Positions 55,617 through 64,000 of a stretch of DNA of 64,000 bases are shown here, in pieces. The DNA comes from Deltaproteobacteria bacterium (GTDB lineage Bacteria; Desulfobacterota; GWC2-55-46). The translations under genes were made by a program, and so were the position numbers. Position 1 is the first letter of the stretch; every line of letters starts with the position of its first letter. The stretch covers positions 3,224 through 67,223 of the forward strand of contig JACPGB010000016.1 of assembly GCA_016182655.1 (NCBI GenBank). The letters are read 5' to 3'. The notes beneath the pieces are model-generated. The model saw only the letters and a list, made by a program, of their open reading frames with translations, ran no database searches and was not told the origin of the DNA.

Positions 55617-56762
55617 TCAAAACCTCCACTCGTTTCCTGTGAACGTCACATTGATGTATACGATGTTCCTCGTCGTGCCTGCGTCGAAGGTGTCGCCGTC
55701 CCACTGGTTATAGTAGGAAAGGCCTGCCCCGAGGAGCATCCATCTTCTGGCCTGCCACCCTCCCGCGAGGTCGATGTCATACGAGTTCAGGTCGACCGTT
55801 CCGTTCGGTTCCGTCCTGTTCTTTGCGAGACCCCCGGTGAGAGAGGCGGTCAGCCCGCGCGAAAAAGTCTGCTCTATCCCGAAGCTCACGCGGTCGCTTA
55901 TGTTTATCTCGTCGGTCAGGCCGGTTGGGTCCGTGACCTCGCGGGTGTAGGCGACCGAGAAGACCGAGTTCCTGTAGGCCTTCTCGAGGCCCGCGGCGGC
56001 CGTAAAAAAATAGTCGTCGCCGTCGAGCCCCGGGGTGTACGCCACTCCGGCAGAGAAGTCGGCCGATAGCGTCGGCGTCAAGTCCTCGATTATCCCGAGC
56101 GAGACCCCGTGGCTCTCGACGTCGCTGTCGGTATCGAATTTGTAGTCGGTATACCGGTAAGTGAAGCGCGCGGTCCCGTTTTGTTCGTACTTGTAAGCGT
56201 AGGACGCCTCGGCGGAATCGGTCCTCGAATCGACGAGGTCAGGGGAGTCGTAGCGCGCGACCCTGTTCCGGAGCGTTAGCGCGGCCTCGGACCTCTCGCC
56301 GATTGCGCGCGCTACTCCGGCCGATGCCGTATTGGCGGTTATGCCGGTCCTTGCGACGAGTATGCCGGTGTCCCCGGCCTGGAGCGAATCCTCGGTGTAA
56401 TCGTACCTGTCCGAGAGGTCAAGCCTCGTCCTTTCGGCCAGGTCGAGCGTGAATGCGGCGTTCGCCTGATGGGCGATATAGTTCAGGTCGGTGTTCCCGG
56501 CGTAGTAGCTCGCCTCAAGGCCGTAAGACACTTCCAAATCGTACCTCTCTCTCTTTTTCGAAAAATCGAACCTGGGCGAGGCCGAGGTGATGAAGTCGTC
56601 GTCCTTGGTCTCCTCGTCGCCACGGAACCTTACGTTGCTGTCGTACTGCTCTTCAATTGTGATCGACGGCCTGAGCGCGGTGTCCTTGCCCAACGCCGGG
56701 GGGGCGGCTGTGAGGAGGACAAGGAGCGCGGCGAGCGCCTGTGGCGAAATTCTATGGCGCAA
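55617..56762 (-). CDS. outer-membrane beta-barrel protein (EpsL-like)
   Basis: Signal peptide, alternating amphipathic beta-strand pattern rich in Y/T/G/D, C-terminal ...NEWRF aromatic terminus typical of OMPs. Confidence 0.65.
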   Translation of the reverse strand: MRHRISPQALAALLVLLTAAPPALGKDTALRPSITIEEQYDSNVRFRGDEETKDDDFITSASPRFDFSKKRERYDLEVSYGLEASYYAGNTDLNYIAHQANAAFTLDLAERTRLDLSDRYDYTEDSLQAGDTGILVARTGITANTASAGVARAIGERSEAALTLRNRVARYDSPDLVDSRTDSAEASYAYKYEQNGTARFTYRYTDYKFDTDSDVESHGVSLGIIEDLTPTLSADFSAGVAYTPGLDGDDYFFTAAAGLEKAYRNSVFSVAYTREVTDPTGLTDEINISDRVSFGIEQTFSRGLTASLTGGLAKNRTEPNGTVDLNSYDIDLAGGWQARRWMLLGAGLSYYNQWDGDTFDAGTTRNIVYINVTFTGNEWRF

Positions 56763-57396
56763 AGATGGTATCTCCGGGTCTCAATATCAGGTTCTTGTCC
56801 GCCTTTTCGCCGTCGTCCACGATATCGTCGAAGCTGATGCTTATCTTTTCCGGCTTGCCGTTCCTGTCAGGGCGCTCCCGGACGAGGACGAGGTCGCGGG
56901 AGGCGAACGGGTTGAAGCCTCCGGCAAGGGCTACTGCCTGCAGTACCGACGTCTTCCTCGTAATGACGTAAGTGCCGGGGTTGAGGACTTCGCCAAGTAC
57001 GAATATCCTGCAACTCCTTACCTCCTGCACTATGACGGAGGCGACGGCGGTCTCCTGGTATTCCTTGAGCCGCTCCACTATCCTGTCCCTCAGGGCCGAA
57101 GGTGTCGCCCCGGCGGCCCTCATGTCGCCGATAAGCGGGAGCGTTACCATCCCGTCGGGCCTGACCGTCACGACCTTCGAGAGGTCGGGGTTTTTCCAGA
57201 CCGATATCTCGAGTATGTCGTCGGCGCCTATGACGTACTCGGGGTCGGATTGAAGCTCTGCCTTTGACGCCTTTTCCGTCTGCTGGTTTTTCGCGGCCTC
57301 GGCCTTGTCGGCGGCCGTTGCCCAGGGCTGGAAAACCAGGATGAATGCCGCTGAAAGCGCCGTGGCCGCGCACAGCTTGAACTTCTTCATGTCCAT
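56752..57396 (-). CDS. polysaccharide export protein (Wza/EpsE-like; Poly_export + SLBB)
   Basis: Signal peptide; PEYVIGADDILEISVW...VTVRPDGMVTLPLIGDMRAAG Poly_export core motif. Confidence 0.8.
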   Translation of the reverse strand: MDMKKFKLCAATALSAAFILVFQPWATAADKAEAAKNQQTEKASKAELQSDPEYVIGADDILEISVWKNPDLSKVVTVRPDGMVTLPLIGDMRAAGATPSALRDRIVERLKEYQETAVASVIVQEVRSCRIFVLGEVLNPGTYVITRKTSVLQAVALAGGFNPFASRDLVLVRERPDRNGKPEKISISFDDIVDDGEKADKNLILRPGDTIFAP

Positions 57397-57438
57397 CTCA
57401 TGACCTCCGGAGGGCTTGGCCCTTCTCTATTAGAGACT

Positions 57439-57792
57439 TTAAATGATCCTGAGACCCGAGGCCGAGAGAGCGCCGTTTATCCTCTTCGACCAGACGACGA
57501 CGCCTTTTTTCTCCCAGCCGTCGCGCGCCACGTTGACTATCGCTCCCTTTACCATCGGCTCATTCTCGTATGCGATACCTATCCCGCGCTCCGATGAGTC
57601 AAGGGCCATGGCGGCCATGAAGATCCCGTCAACGACGAGTTCCAGTTTTCTATCCGATTGCGACCTGACTGATGAGCGCCGTTCGTTCAATACCGTCAGG
57701 CACTGCGGGCAGATGACGGTCTCACCGCGCCTGTTCGGGTGGAAGGCCTTGTAGCACTCGCCACATACCTTGAGAGGCATTCTTCCTTTCAA
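57439..57792 (-). CDS. zinc-ribbon + PilZ-domain protein (putative c-di-GMP receptor)
   Basis: N-terminal CGEC...CPQC zinc ribbon; PilZ motifs RSSVR (RxxxR) and DSSERG (DxSxxG) ~27 residues apart. Confidence 0.65.
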   Translation of the reverse strand: MKGRMPLKVCGECYKAFHPNRRGETVICPQCLTVLNERRSSVRSQSDRKLELVVDGIFMAAMALDSSERGIGIAYENEPMVKGAIVNVARDGWEKKGVVVWSKRINGALSASGLRII

Positions 57793-57983
57793 CCGGCCTG
57801 CCTGTTAAGCGCAACCCATCAGCGACGCTCTTTAAACAAGCATAGCCCACGCTCCGTCCTCGGCAATCCAACAAAAGAATATAAATCCGCGCAAAGGGAT
57901 TAGCACCCGTGGACGATAACGGTATGAAGGCAGGGAGACAAAAGGGAGTAATCCCGGTATGAACACCGGGGGTTTAGGAACCG

Positions 57984-58340
57984 CTCGGCGGTACTCGGCG
58001 TACGGCCAGTTTCAAATCCGGTTCATCCGGCGTACCTGAGGCCAAGACGCCGGATACGGAATCTGCCCGTCCGGCAAGGACTCGGCGTACGGCCAGTTTC
58101 AAATCCGGCTCATCCGGCGTACCTGAGGCCAAGACGCCGGATACGGAATCTGCCCGTCCGGCAAGGACTCGGCGTACGGCCAGTTTCAAATCCGGCTCAT
58201 CCGGCGTACCTGAGGCCAAGCCGCCGGATACGGATCTGCCCGTCCGGCAAGGACTCGGCGTACGGCCAGTTTCAAATCCGGTTCATCCGGCGTCCCTGAG
58301 GCTAAGCCGCCGGATACGGATCTGCCCGTCCGGCGAGGAC
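57984..58340. repeat. tandem direct repeat array: four copies of an 87-bp unit (57991-58077, 58078-58164, 58165-58250, 58251-58336)
   Basis: Unit ggactcggcgtacggccagtttcaaatccggctcatccggcgtacctgaggccaagacgccggatacggaatctgcccgtccggcaa repeated head-to-tail with 1-3 substitutions/indels per copy; each unit contains an 8-bp stem atccggcg...cgccggat. Confidence 0.85.
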
Positions 58341-58374
58341 GTTTACTTGAAAAGAGGAAATAGGCGAGGGTGTC

Positions 58375-59577
58375 TCAGCGTATTATCTGGTTGAGCTCGA
58401 AAATGGGAAGGAGTATGGAGAGGACGATGAAGCCGACGACGGCTCCCATGGCAAGGATGAGCGCGGGCTCGAGGAGGCTTAAACCGCTCTTTACGGACCT
58501 TTCGAACTCAAGGGCGTAGGAGTCCGCCGTCCTAAGGAGCATCTCCTGAAGCCGTCCGCTCTTTTCCCCGACGCTCACCATGTGTGTGAATATGCGGGGT
58601 ATCTCGGCGTGCTTGCCGAGGCTCGCGGAAAGGGATGCGCCGCCGGTGCAGTCGGCCTTCGCCTCTTCGAGTATCCGCCCGTAGACGGCGTGGTCGAGGA
58701 CTTCCCTTGTTATCTCAAGCGCCCGGAGGAGCTGGACGCCGCCCTTAAGGAGACTGCCGAGCGTGCGCGCGAGGTATGAGACATAGAAGCACTCTATTAT
58801 CGGCCCGAACCATGGTATGCGGAGGAGCAACCGGTCCGTGATCTCTTTTCCCTTATTTGTTTTGAGATAACGCCTCCCGGCCCATACCGAGACAAATGCG
58901 AGAACGAGCATCACGGGCCAGTAATCGCGGAAGACGGACGTTATGAGGATGAGGATACGCGTCATCAGGGGCAGGGCGTGTTCGGTCTCCTCGAACATCG
59001 CGGTGATCTTGGGCACGACGAAGGCGAAGAGGAACGAGAGCACCCCGGCCCCGACGAGCGTCATGAGCGCGGGATAGGCGAGGGCGGCCTTTACGTCGTT
59101 TATCATCCTGGAGCGCGCTTCCAGGTAATCGGCGAGTTCGAGGAGGACGCTATCGAGCGACCCGCTCGCCTCTCCGGCCGCTACAAGGCCCCTGAAAAGC
59201 GTTGAGAATTGTTTCGGATGAGGCTCCAGCGCCTTGCTCAAGGAGCTCCCGCCGGCGACACTCTCATTTACGTTCGAGAGGACGGTCTTCAGCCCGGGAT
59301 TCGCGGTATTATCGACGAGTATCGAGAGCGCTTCGGCAAGCGGCGTCCCGGCTGACAGGAGGTTAGCGAGCTGGCGCGTGGCGATAGTGACCGCCAGCGC
59401 GGGGGTCCTCCCTCCAAGAAGCCTTCCTCTGTTCGGTCCATCTTCGATTGCGACCTCGGCTGGAAAGAGCCCCGAGTTCTTGACGAGCTGGACCGCCTCC
59501 CTGGCGCCCGCCGCGTCTATCGTGCCGCTGACACCCTTGCCGGATGTGTCGTACGCCCTGTATCTGAAAGACGGCAT
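58375..59577 (-). CDS. gspF: type II secretion system inner-membrane platform protein GspF
   Basis: Two GspF-family repeats with three TM segments; start set at MPSFRYRAYD, overlapping the gspE stop. Confidence 0.85.
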   Translation of the reverse strand: MPSFRYRAYDTSGKGVSGTIDAAGAREAVQLVKNSGLFPAEVAIEDGPNRGRLLGGRTPALAVTIATRQLANLLSAGTPLAEALSILVDNTANPGLKTVLSNVNESVAGGSSLSKALEPHPKQFSTLFRGLVAAGEASGSLDSVLLELADYLEARSRMINDVKAALAYPALMTLVGAGVLSFLFAFVVPKITAMFEETEHALPLMTRILILITSVFRDYWPVMLVLAFVSVWAGRRYLKTNKGKEITDRLLLRIPWFGPIIECFYVSYLARTLGSLLKGGVQLLRALEITREVLDHAVYGRILEEAKADCTGGASLSASLGKHAEIPRIFTHMVSVGEKSGRLQEMLLRTADSYALEFERSVKSGLSLLEPALILAMGAVVGFIVLSILLPIFELNQIIR

Positions 59578-61124
59578 CAGTCGGCCTCGTCCCGAGTGAC
59601 CCTTAAGACCTCTTCGAGGCTCGTAATGCCTTCGGCCGCCTTCTCGAGCCCGTCTTCCATCATCGTCTGCATGCCCTTGGCGACGGCCGACCTCTTCAAG
59701 GTGTCCGCGTCCTGGTTTTTGAGTATCATCGGCCTCATCTCCGGGCCGGGGACGAGGAACTCGAATATCCCGGTCCTTCCGAGATAACCGGTATCGAGGC
59801 ACTTATCGCACCCGGCCGGCCTCCAGAGCTTTTGGGGACGGGCCTTGAAGAGGCGGGCCTCTTCATCCTCGGGCGCGTACTCCTCCCTGCACTTTTCGCA
59901 GAGCACCCTGACGAGCCTCTGCGCAAGCACGCCTGAGACCGACGAGGCGACAAGAAATGGCTCTATCCCCATGTCCACGAGCCTTGTGACGGCCCCGGCC
60001 GTGTCGTTGGTGTGCAGCGTTGAAAGGACCAGATGGCCTGTAAGGGACGCCTGTATGGCTATCTCGGCCGTCTCCCTGTCCCTGATCTCTCCTATCATGA
60101 TCATGTCCGGGTCCTGCCTGAGTATTGAGCGGAGACCGCTTGCGAAGGTTAGCCCGATCTTGGGGTTCACATGGACCTGGCCTATGCCCTTCAGCTGATA
60201 CTCGACCGGGTCCTCGACCGTGATGATGTTCCTTGAGGTGGAGTTCACGCGGCTTATCGCGGAGTACAGGGTAGTCGTCTTTCCGGAGCCGGTGGGGCCG
60301 GTAACGAGTATTATGCCGCTCGGTTTAGAGAGGAGCGATTCGAGGCACGAGACCTGCCCGGGGTTCAGCCCGAGGTTCGAGAGCTGGATTATCTCGCCCT
60401 TCCTGTCGAGGAGCCTCAATACGACCCGTTCGCCGTAAGAGGTAGGGATGATCGAGACCCTGACGTAGATGTCTTTTCCAGCGACAAGGAGCCTGATCTT
60501 CCCGTCCTGCGGCAGTCTCTTCTCCGCTATATCGAGCCCGGACATTATTTTCACCCTGCTTACGAGCGCCTCCTGAATGGACCTCGGGGGCGTAAGCACC
60601 GGATAGAGCACGCCGTCTACCCGGTATCTGACCTCGACCTCTTTTTCATACGGCTCGATGTGTATGTCGCTCGCCCTGTCCTTTACCGCCTGGAAGAGGA
60701 GCGAGTTGATGAGCTTGATGATCGGCCCTTCGTCGGCAAGGTCGATCAGGTCCTTGGGCTCCTCCCAGACTGTTGAGAGAGACTCTACCGACTCAACGTT
60801 CATGCCTTCGATCACGTCCTGCGCGGAACCCGAGAGCCTGTCGAAGGAGCGGTTTATGGCCTCCAGTATCTGGGACTCCTCCGCGAAGACCGGGCGCACC
60901 GGGAGATTTGCGATGCGCTCCACCTCGCCGAGCGCGAAGATGGACTTGTGCCCGGCGATGGCCACAATGAGGTGGCCGTCCTTTTTCCGGAGCGGCATGA
61001 TCAGGTTTTTTTTGACAAAGGAGAGGGTGAGCTTCGAGAGTATCGCGGGGTCTATGTATTCGTCCTTTATTTCCCTTATGCGGTGAAAGCCCTTGTCAGT
61101 CGATTCGAAAAGCTCTTCTTTCAT
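59577..61124 (-). CDS. gspE: type II secretion system ATPase GspE
   Basis: Walker A GPTGSGKTTTLYS, Asp/His boxes, tetracysteine motif (CEKC...CDKC) of the GspE/PilB family. Confidence 0.9.
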   Translation of the reverse strand: MKEELFESTDKGFHRIREIKDEYIDPAILSKLTLSFVKKNLIMPLRKKDGHLIVAIAGHKSIFALGEVERIANLPVRPVFAEESQILEAINRSFDRLSGSAQDVIEGMNVESVESLSTVWEEPKDLIDLADEGPIIKLINSLLFQAVKDRASDIHIEPYEKEVEVRYRVDGVLYPVLTPPRSIQEALVSRVKIMSGLDIAEKRLPQDGKIRLLVAGKDIYVRVSIIPTSYGERVVLRLLDRKGEIIQLSNLGLNPGQVSCLESLLSKPSGIILVTGPTGSGKTTTLYSAISRVNSTSRNIITVEDPVEYQLKGIGQVHVNPKIGLTFASGLRSILRQDPDMIMIGEIRDRETAEIAIQASLTGHLVLSTLHTNDTAGAVTRLVDMGIEPFLVASSVSGVLAQRLVRVLCEKCREEYAPEDEEARLFKARPQKLWRPAGCDKCLDTGYLGRTGIFEFLVPGPEMRPMILKNQDADTLKRSAVAKGMQTMMEDGLEKAAEGITSLEEVLRVTRDEAD

Positions 61125-61132
61125 CCTGCTAC

Positions 61133-63076
61133 CTACTTCCCTTCATCGTCCTTCTTGTCCTTAGGCGGCTCCACGCCGCTCTTTTCCCTGAACTCGAGGT
61201 CTTTTTTGTTCCGGAGGTCCTCGAGCCCCTTGAAGTCTTCGATGATGTACGGGGTTATGAAGACGAGTAGGTTCGTCTTCTGGTTGGTGTCGGAATCCGA
61301 TTTGAAGAGCCAGCCGATAAGGGGCAGGTCCCCGAGGAGCGGTATCTTTGTGGAGCTGTTCGAGGTCTTGTCCTGTATGAGGCCGCCGATCACGACCGTC
61401 TGGTTGTTCTTCACCACCACCATGGTCTTGGCCGACCTCTTCGTGGTTATGAGGTCGGATGCCCCGGCGACGGCGGTCGTGGAAATGGACGATATCTCCT
61501 GGTATATGTCGAGCTTGACGAAGTCGCCCTCGCTTATCTTGGGCTTTATCTTGAGCCTTATGCCGACGTCCCGCCGCTCTATCGACTGTATGATGGGCTC
61601 GCCCGAGGTGCCGGTAGAGGCCTCGAACTTACTGAGAAACGGCACGTTCTCGCCGACGACTATCTCGGCGTCCGAATTGTCGCTCGTCAGTATGTGCGGG
61701 GTAGATAGCACGTTCACGACATTTTTGAAGTCCGAGAGCGAAAAGAGCGCGGCGAACCCGGGGGCGGTGAGGTTGGTGGTAGTACCGTCCGAGTTGGTCA
61801 CCGGGACGGTCACGAAGTTGCCGATGCCTCCCATGGTAAAGCCGGCGAGTCCGGTCAATACCGACTGGATCGTCGAGGTGTCGACGGACCCGACGCCTCC
61901 TATGGCGACCGGCGCGCCGTCTTTCTCGGCGGCTATCCTGAATTTGGTGCCGAGCTCGAGCGCCTTGTCGACGCTCACTTCCGTTATCATCGCCTCGACG
62001 AATACCTGCCTCGGGCGCCTGTCGAGCTTCTGTATCACTTGCACGAGGTTCTGGTAGTCGGCGGGTGAGGCCATTATTATAAGGGAGTTCGTGGCCTTGT
62101 CCGGGGTTATCGACACCTTTCCGGTAAGCTCCTGCGAAAGCGCCGGGGGAGCCGTGCCGCCTCCCGGTTGCGGGGCGGCCGGGGTGGTCGTGCCGCGGAT
62201 GAGGGAGTCGAGGACCCTGCCGAGGTCGTCGGCGTCGGCGTTCTCGAGATAGTATACGTTTATCCTGCTCGAAGTCGCCGGGGGAGGGACGTCGAGGATG
62301 GTTATGAAGCGTCTGAAAAAGGCCCTTTCCGTCTCGGGACCCGCGAGTATGACCGCGTTAAGCCTTGCGTCGGCGGTTACGCCGCTATCTTCCTCGGCCT
62401 CCCCTGGTCTCCGGCTTCCGGTCCTCCTCTGCCCCTCGCGCCGGAGTACCTGGACGAGGGTCTCGGCCTGCGCGTTCTGGAGGTATACGACCTCCGGCTC
62501 CCCTGATTCGGGCGGGAGGTCGACGGTTGCGAGTATCTGGAGTATCTTTTCCATGTTCTGCGCGGTGTCGACGACAAGGAGGGCGTTCCTCGTGCCGAAG
62601 GACGAGACCTGCCCGTTCCTGGAGACGAGCGGCTGGATGACCGGGAAGGCCTCCTGCGTCGAGATGTATTCGAGCGGGATGAGGCGGACGATGTACTCGT
62701 CGGCCCTGGCCGCCTCACTCTCGCTTAAGACCCTCGTCCCGCTCTGCCTGGCGAGAGAGGAGGGGATTATCTTGTACGCCTCGCCGGTCTGCACGACCGT
62801 GAAGCCCTTAAGCTCGAGCGCGGATATGAAGAGGCTCAGGGCCTCTTCCTGCGTGAGCCTCGTCGGCGCGATTATCGTGACCTTGCCCTTGAGCGTTTCG
62901 TCATAAAGGAAGTTCCTGCCCGTGAGCTCGCTCATGATCTTTACGAGCGACGAGATCTCCACGTCCACGAAGTTGAGGGTTATCTTGCCGTTCGCCCCCT
63001 TCTGTGACTGGGCAAAGGCGGCTTCGGACAAAAGGAGCGCGAAAACGAGAAAGAGGAGAGATATCCGTCTCATCAT
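61133..63076 (-). CDS. gspD: type II secretion system secretin GspD
   Basis: Signal peptide MMRRISLLFLVFALLLSEAAFAQ, N0-N3 domains, C-terminal secretin domain (VVIGGLIQDK...IPLLGDLPLIGWLF). Confidence 0.85.
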   Translation of the reverse strand: MMRRISLLFLVFALLLSEAAFAQSQKGANGKITLNFVDVEISSLVKIMSELTGRNFLYDETLKGKVTIIAPTRLTQEEALSLFISALELKGFTVVQTGEAYKIIPSSLARQSGTRVLSESEAARADEYIVRLIPLEYISTQEAFPVIQPLVSRNGQVSSFGTRNALLVVDTAQNMEKILQILATVDLPPESGEPEVVYLQNAQAETLVQVLRREGQRRTGSRRPGEAEEDSGVTADARLNAVILAGPETERAFFRRFITILDVPPPATSSRINVYYLENADADDLGRVLDSLIRGTTTPAAPQPGGGTAPPALSQELTGKVSITPDKATNSLIIMASPADYQNLVQVIQKLDRRPRQVFVEAMITEVSVDKALELGTKFRIAAEKDGAPVAIGGVGSVDTSTIQSVLTGLAGFTMGGIGNFVTVPVTNSDGTTTNLTAPGFAALFSLSDFKNVVNVLSTPHILTSDNSDAEIVVGENVPFLSKFEASTGTSGEPIIQSIERRDVGIRLKIKPKISEGDFVKLDIYQEISSISTTAVAGASDLITTKRSAKTMVVVKNNQTVVIGGLIQDKTSNSSTKIPLLGDLPLIGWLFKSDSDTNQKTNLLVFITPYIIEDFKGLEDLRNKKDLEFREKSGVEPPKDKKDDEGK

Positions 63077-63216
63077 GTCCGTTCCGTCTTCTGGATTTAA
63101 GGTGAAGTAGAGGGGTTGTCCTGACGGCTGTGCGCGCATGACGATCATACGGCGCGCGCCCAAGAGGCGATTGAAAGAGATTATAGCACGAAAATTCCGG
63201 GACTGTCGCTTCACCG

Positions 63217-64000
63217 CTACCTTATCTCGTAATGGAAGTTCATATTTTTGCCGCCCCTTACCAGGTCGATCTCCATGCGGGTCTCTCCCTTAAGGCCTGA
63301 GAGCACCTGTACGGCCTTTTCGGGCGTGTCTATGTCGAAGCCGTTTATCCTCTTGAGGACGTCCCCGTTCTTGAGCCCCACGGCGTCAAAGACGCCTCTC
63401 GGCTTTATTTCGGTGACAAGGAAGCCTTCGACCGCGCCGTTAGCGACTTTCGGCGTCATCCTCGCGTCAGTCAATACCGTGGAGATATTGTTAAGCGAGT
63501 TTACGAGAGCCCCCTGGTCGATCGCCCATTCGTTCTCGCTGATCTTCCGCGACATCGGCCCCCTTGGACCGCCGGGCCGGGGGCGCTCCCCGGGCTCTGT
63601 TGCCGGGCCCGCGCCCGTTGGCAATGCCCCGCTTCTCTCGGGCAACGGCTCGTCCTTTATCGTGAATGAAACGTCGCGGGGCCCAACGGATACGACCGCC
63701 TTGTCGAGTGTAACGGATTTGAGGGGCCCGGCCTCGAAGACCTTCTCGCCTATCTTGAACACGGACTGGGGAGAGCCGGTCTTTTCGAATATCGCGAAAC
63801 TTTTAACGCCCCTTACGAACGTGCCGAGGAGTCTCAAGTCAGCGAAAACCGGCGGCGCGCCCGCGGACCCCGACGCCTCTATCGATTCGATTGCTACGAG
63901 CCTGCCGGTCTTCGACGGGAAGGCCGAGCTCTCGGCTATCGGCGCGTAGGCGAGGAGGTCCCTGTCCGGCTCGCTGGGAGCGGTGTCGCGAGTACCCGGC
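63217..64000 (-). CDS. gspC: type II secretion system protein GspC-like (PDZ-containing), partial: upstream part beyond window end
   Basis: C-terminal PDZ domain (GFLVTEIKPRGVFDAVGLKNGDVLKRINGFDID); reading frame stays open upstream to position 64000. Confidence 0.6.
   Translation of the reverse strand, partial: PGTRDTAPSEPDRDLLAYAPIAESSAFPSKTGRLVAIESIEASGSAGAPPVFADLRLLGTFVRGVKSFAIFEKTGSPQSVFKIGEKVFEAGPLKSVTLDKAVVSVGPRDVSFTIKDEPLPERSGALPTGAGPATEPGERPRPGGPRGPMSRKISENEWAIDQGALVNSLNNISTVLTDARMTPKVANGAVEGFLVTEIKPRGVFDAVGLKNGDVLKRINGFDIDTPEKAVQVLSGLKGETRMEIDLVRGGKNMNFHYEIR

Noticed and set aside
57974-58219. 81-aa ORF with a thrice-repeated 29-aa peptide (ASGTPDEPDLKLAVRRVLAGRADSVSGVL)
   Set aside because: It is an artefact of translating the 87-bp (29-codon) tandem DNA repeats. 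There is no RBS or start context, and the repeat array continues beyond the ORF.
57984-58340. Possible CRISPR array
   Set aside because: The 87-bp units are contiguous whole-unit copies with no interspersed unique spacers. The unit length is far above CRISPR repeat size, and no cas genes are nearby.
63076-63214. Longer N-terminal extension of the secretin (start at 63214, MKRQSRNF...)
   Set aside because: The signal peptide begins at MMRRISLLFLVFALL (63076). The upstream 46 codons are non-hydrophobic and would bury the signal sequence, so the extension is more likely untranslated leader.

Overview
This is high-GC (~60%) bacterial chromosomal DNA with a proteobacterial-type gene organisation. 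The first ~11 kb is housekeeping: a partial glgB (minus strand, running off the 5' edge), the conserved surE-pcm-nlpD-rpoS stationary-phase cluster, apt, an ArsB/NhaD-family permease, an RlmI-like rRNA methyltransferase and a GNAT/ADP-forming acyl-CoA synthetase fusion. From ~11.7 kb to the end, the window is a very large PEP-CTERM/exosortase exopolysaccharide (EPS) locus. Most of its hallmark components are recognisable. They include TPR proteins and a 72-aa PEP-CTERM peptide gene with a near-perfect sigma-54 promoter and an intrinsic terminator. There are two sigma-54 enhancer-binding proteins (one PrsR-like), a soluble GAF histidine kinase and a WbpA-like nucleotide-sugar dehydrogenase. A secreted FN3/PKD protein with an unusual Cys-containing C-terminal domain lies convergent with the exosortase. 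A ~41-kb run of co-oriented, often start/stop-overlapping minus-strand genes extends from 64.0 kb down to the exosortase. This run encodes three tandem Zn-ribbon SAM methyltransferases, a CDP-glucose-forming cytidylyltransferase, a radical SAM enzyme, GT2/GT4 glycosyltransferases and an F420-dehydrogenase-like FeS protein paired with a pyruvyl transferase. It also encodes the Wzx flippase, a secreted beta-helix protein, a Wzy/O-antigen-ligase-like polymerase, a frameshifted polysaccharide deacetylase, AsnB-like and FemAB-like proteins, a WbpB/D/E/I-type diacetamido-uronic-acid sugar pathway and a priming sugar transferase. Further upstream come a NusG paralog, a J-like-domain/BY-kinase fusion, a MinD-like ATPase, a Wzz-like co-polymerase, an outer-membrane beta-barrel, a Wza-like exporter and a zinc-ribbon PilZ protein. 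An array of four 87-bp tandem repeats follows, and beyond it lie type II secretion genes gspF-gspE-gspD(secretin)-gspC (gspC partial at the edge). No rRNA, tRNA or CRISPR array was recognised. Non-coding features include several intrinsic terminators, a MITE-like inverted-repeat element in the surE-pcm spacer, and A/T homopolymer tracts (one of which breaks the deacetylase frame). All functional calls are from reading the translated ORFs and motifs by eye; no database searches were run.
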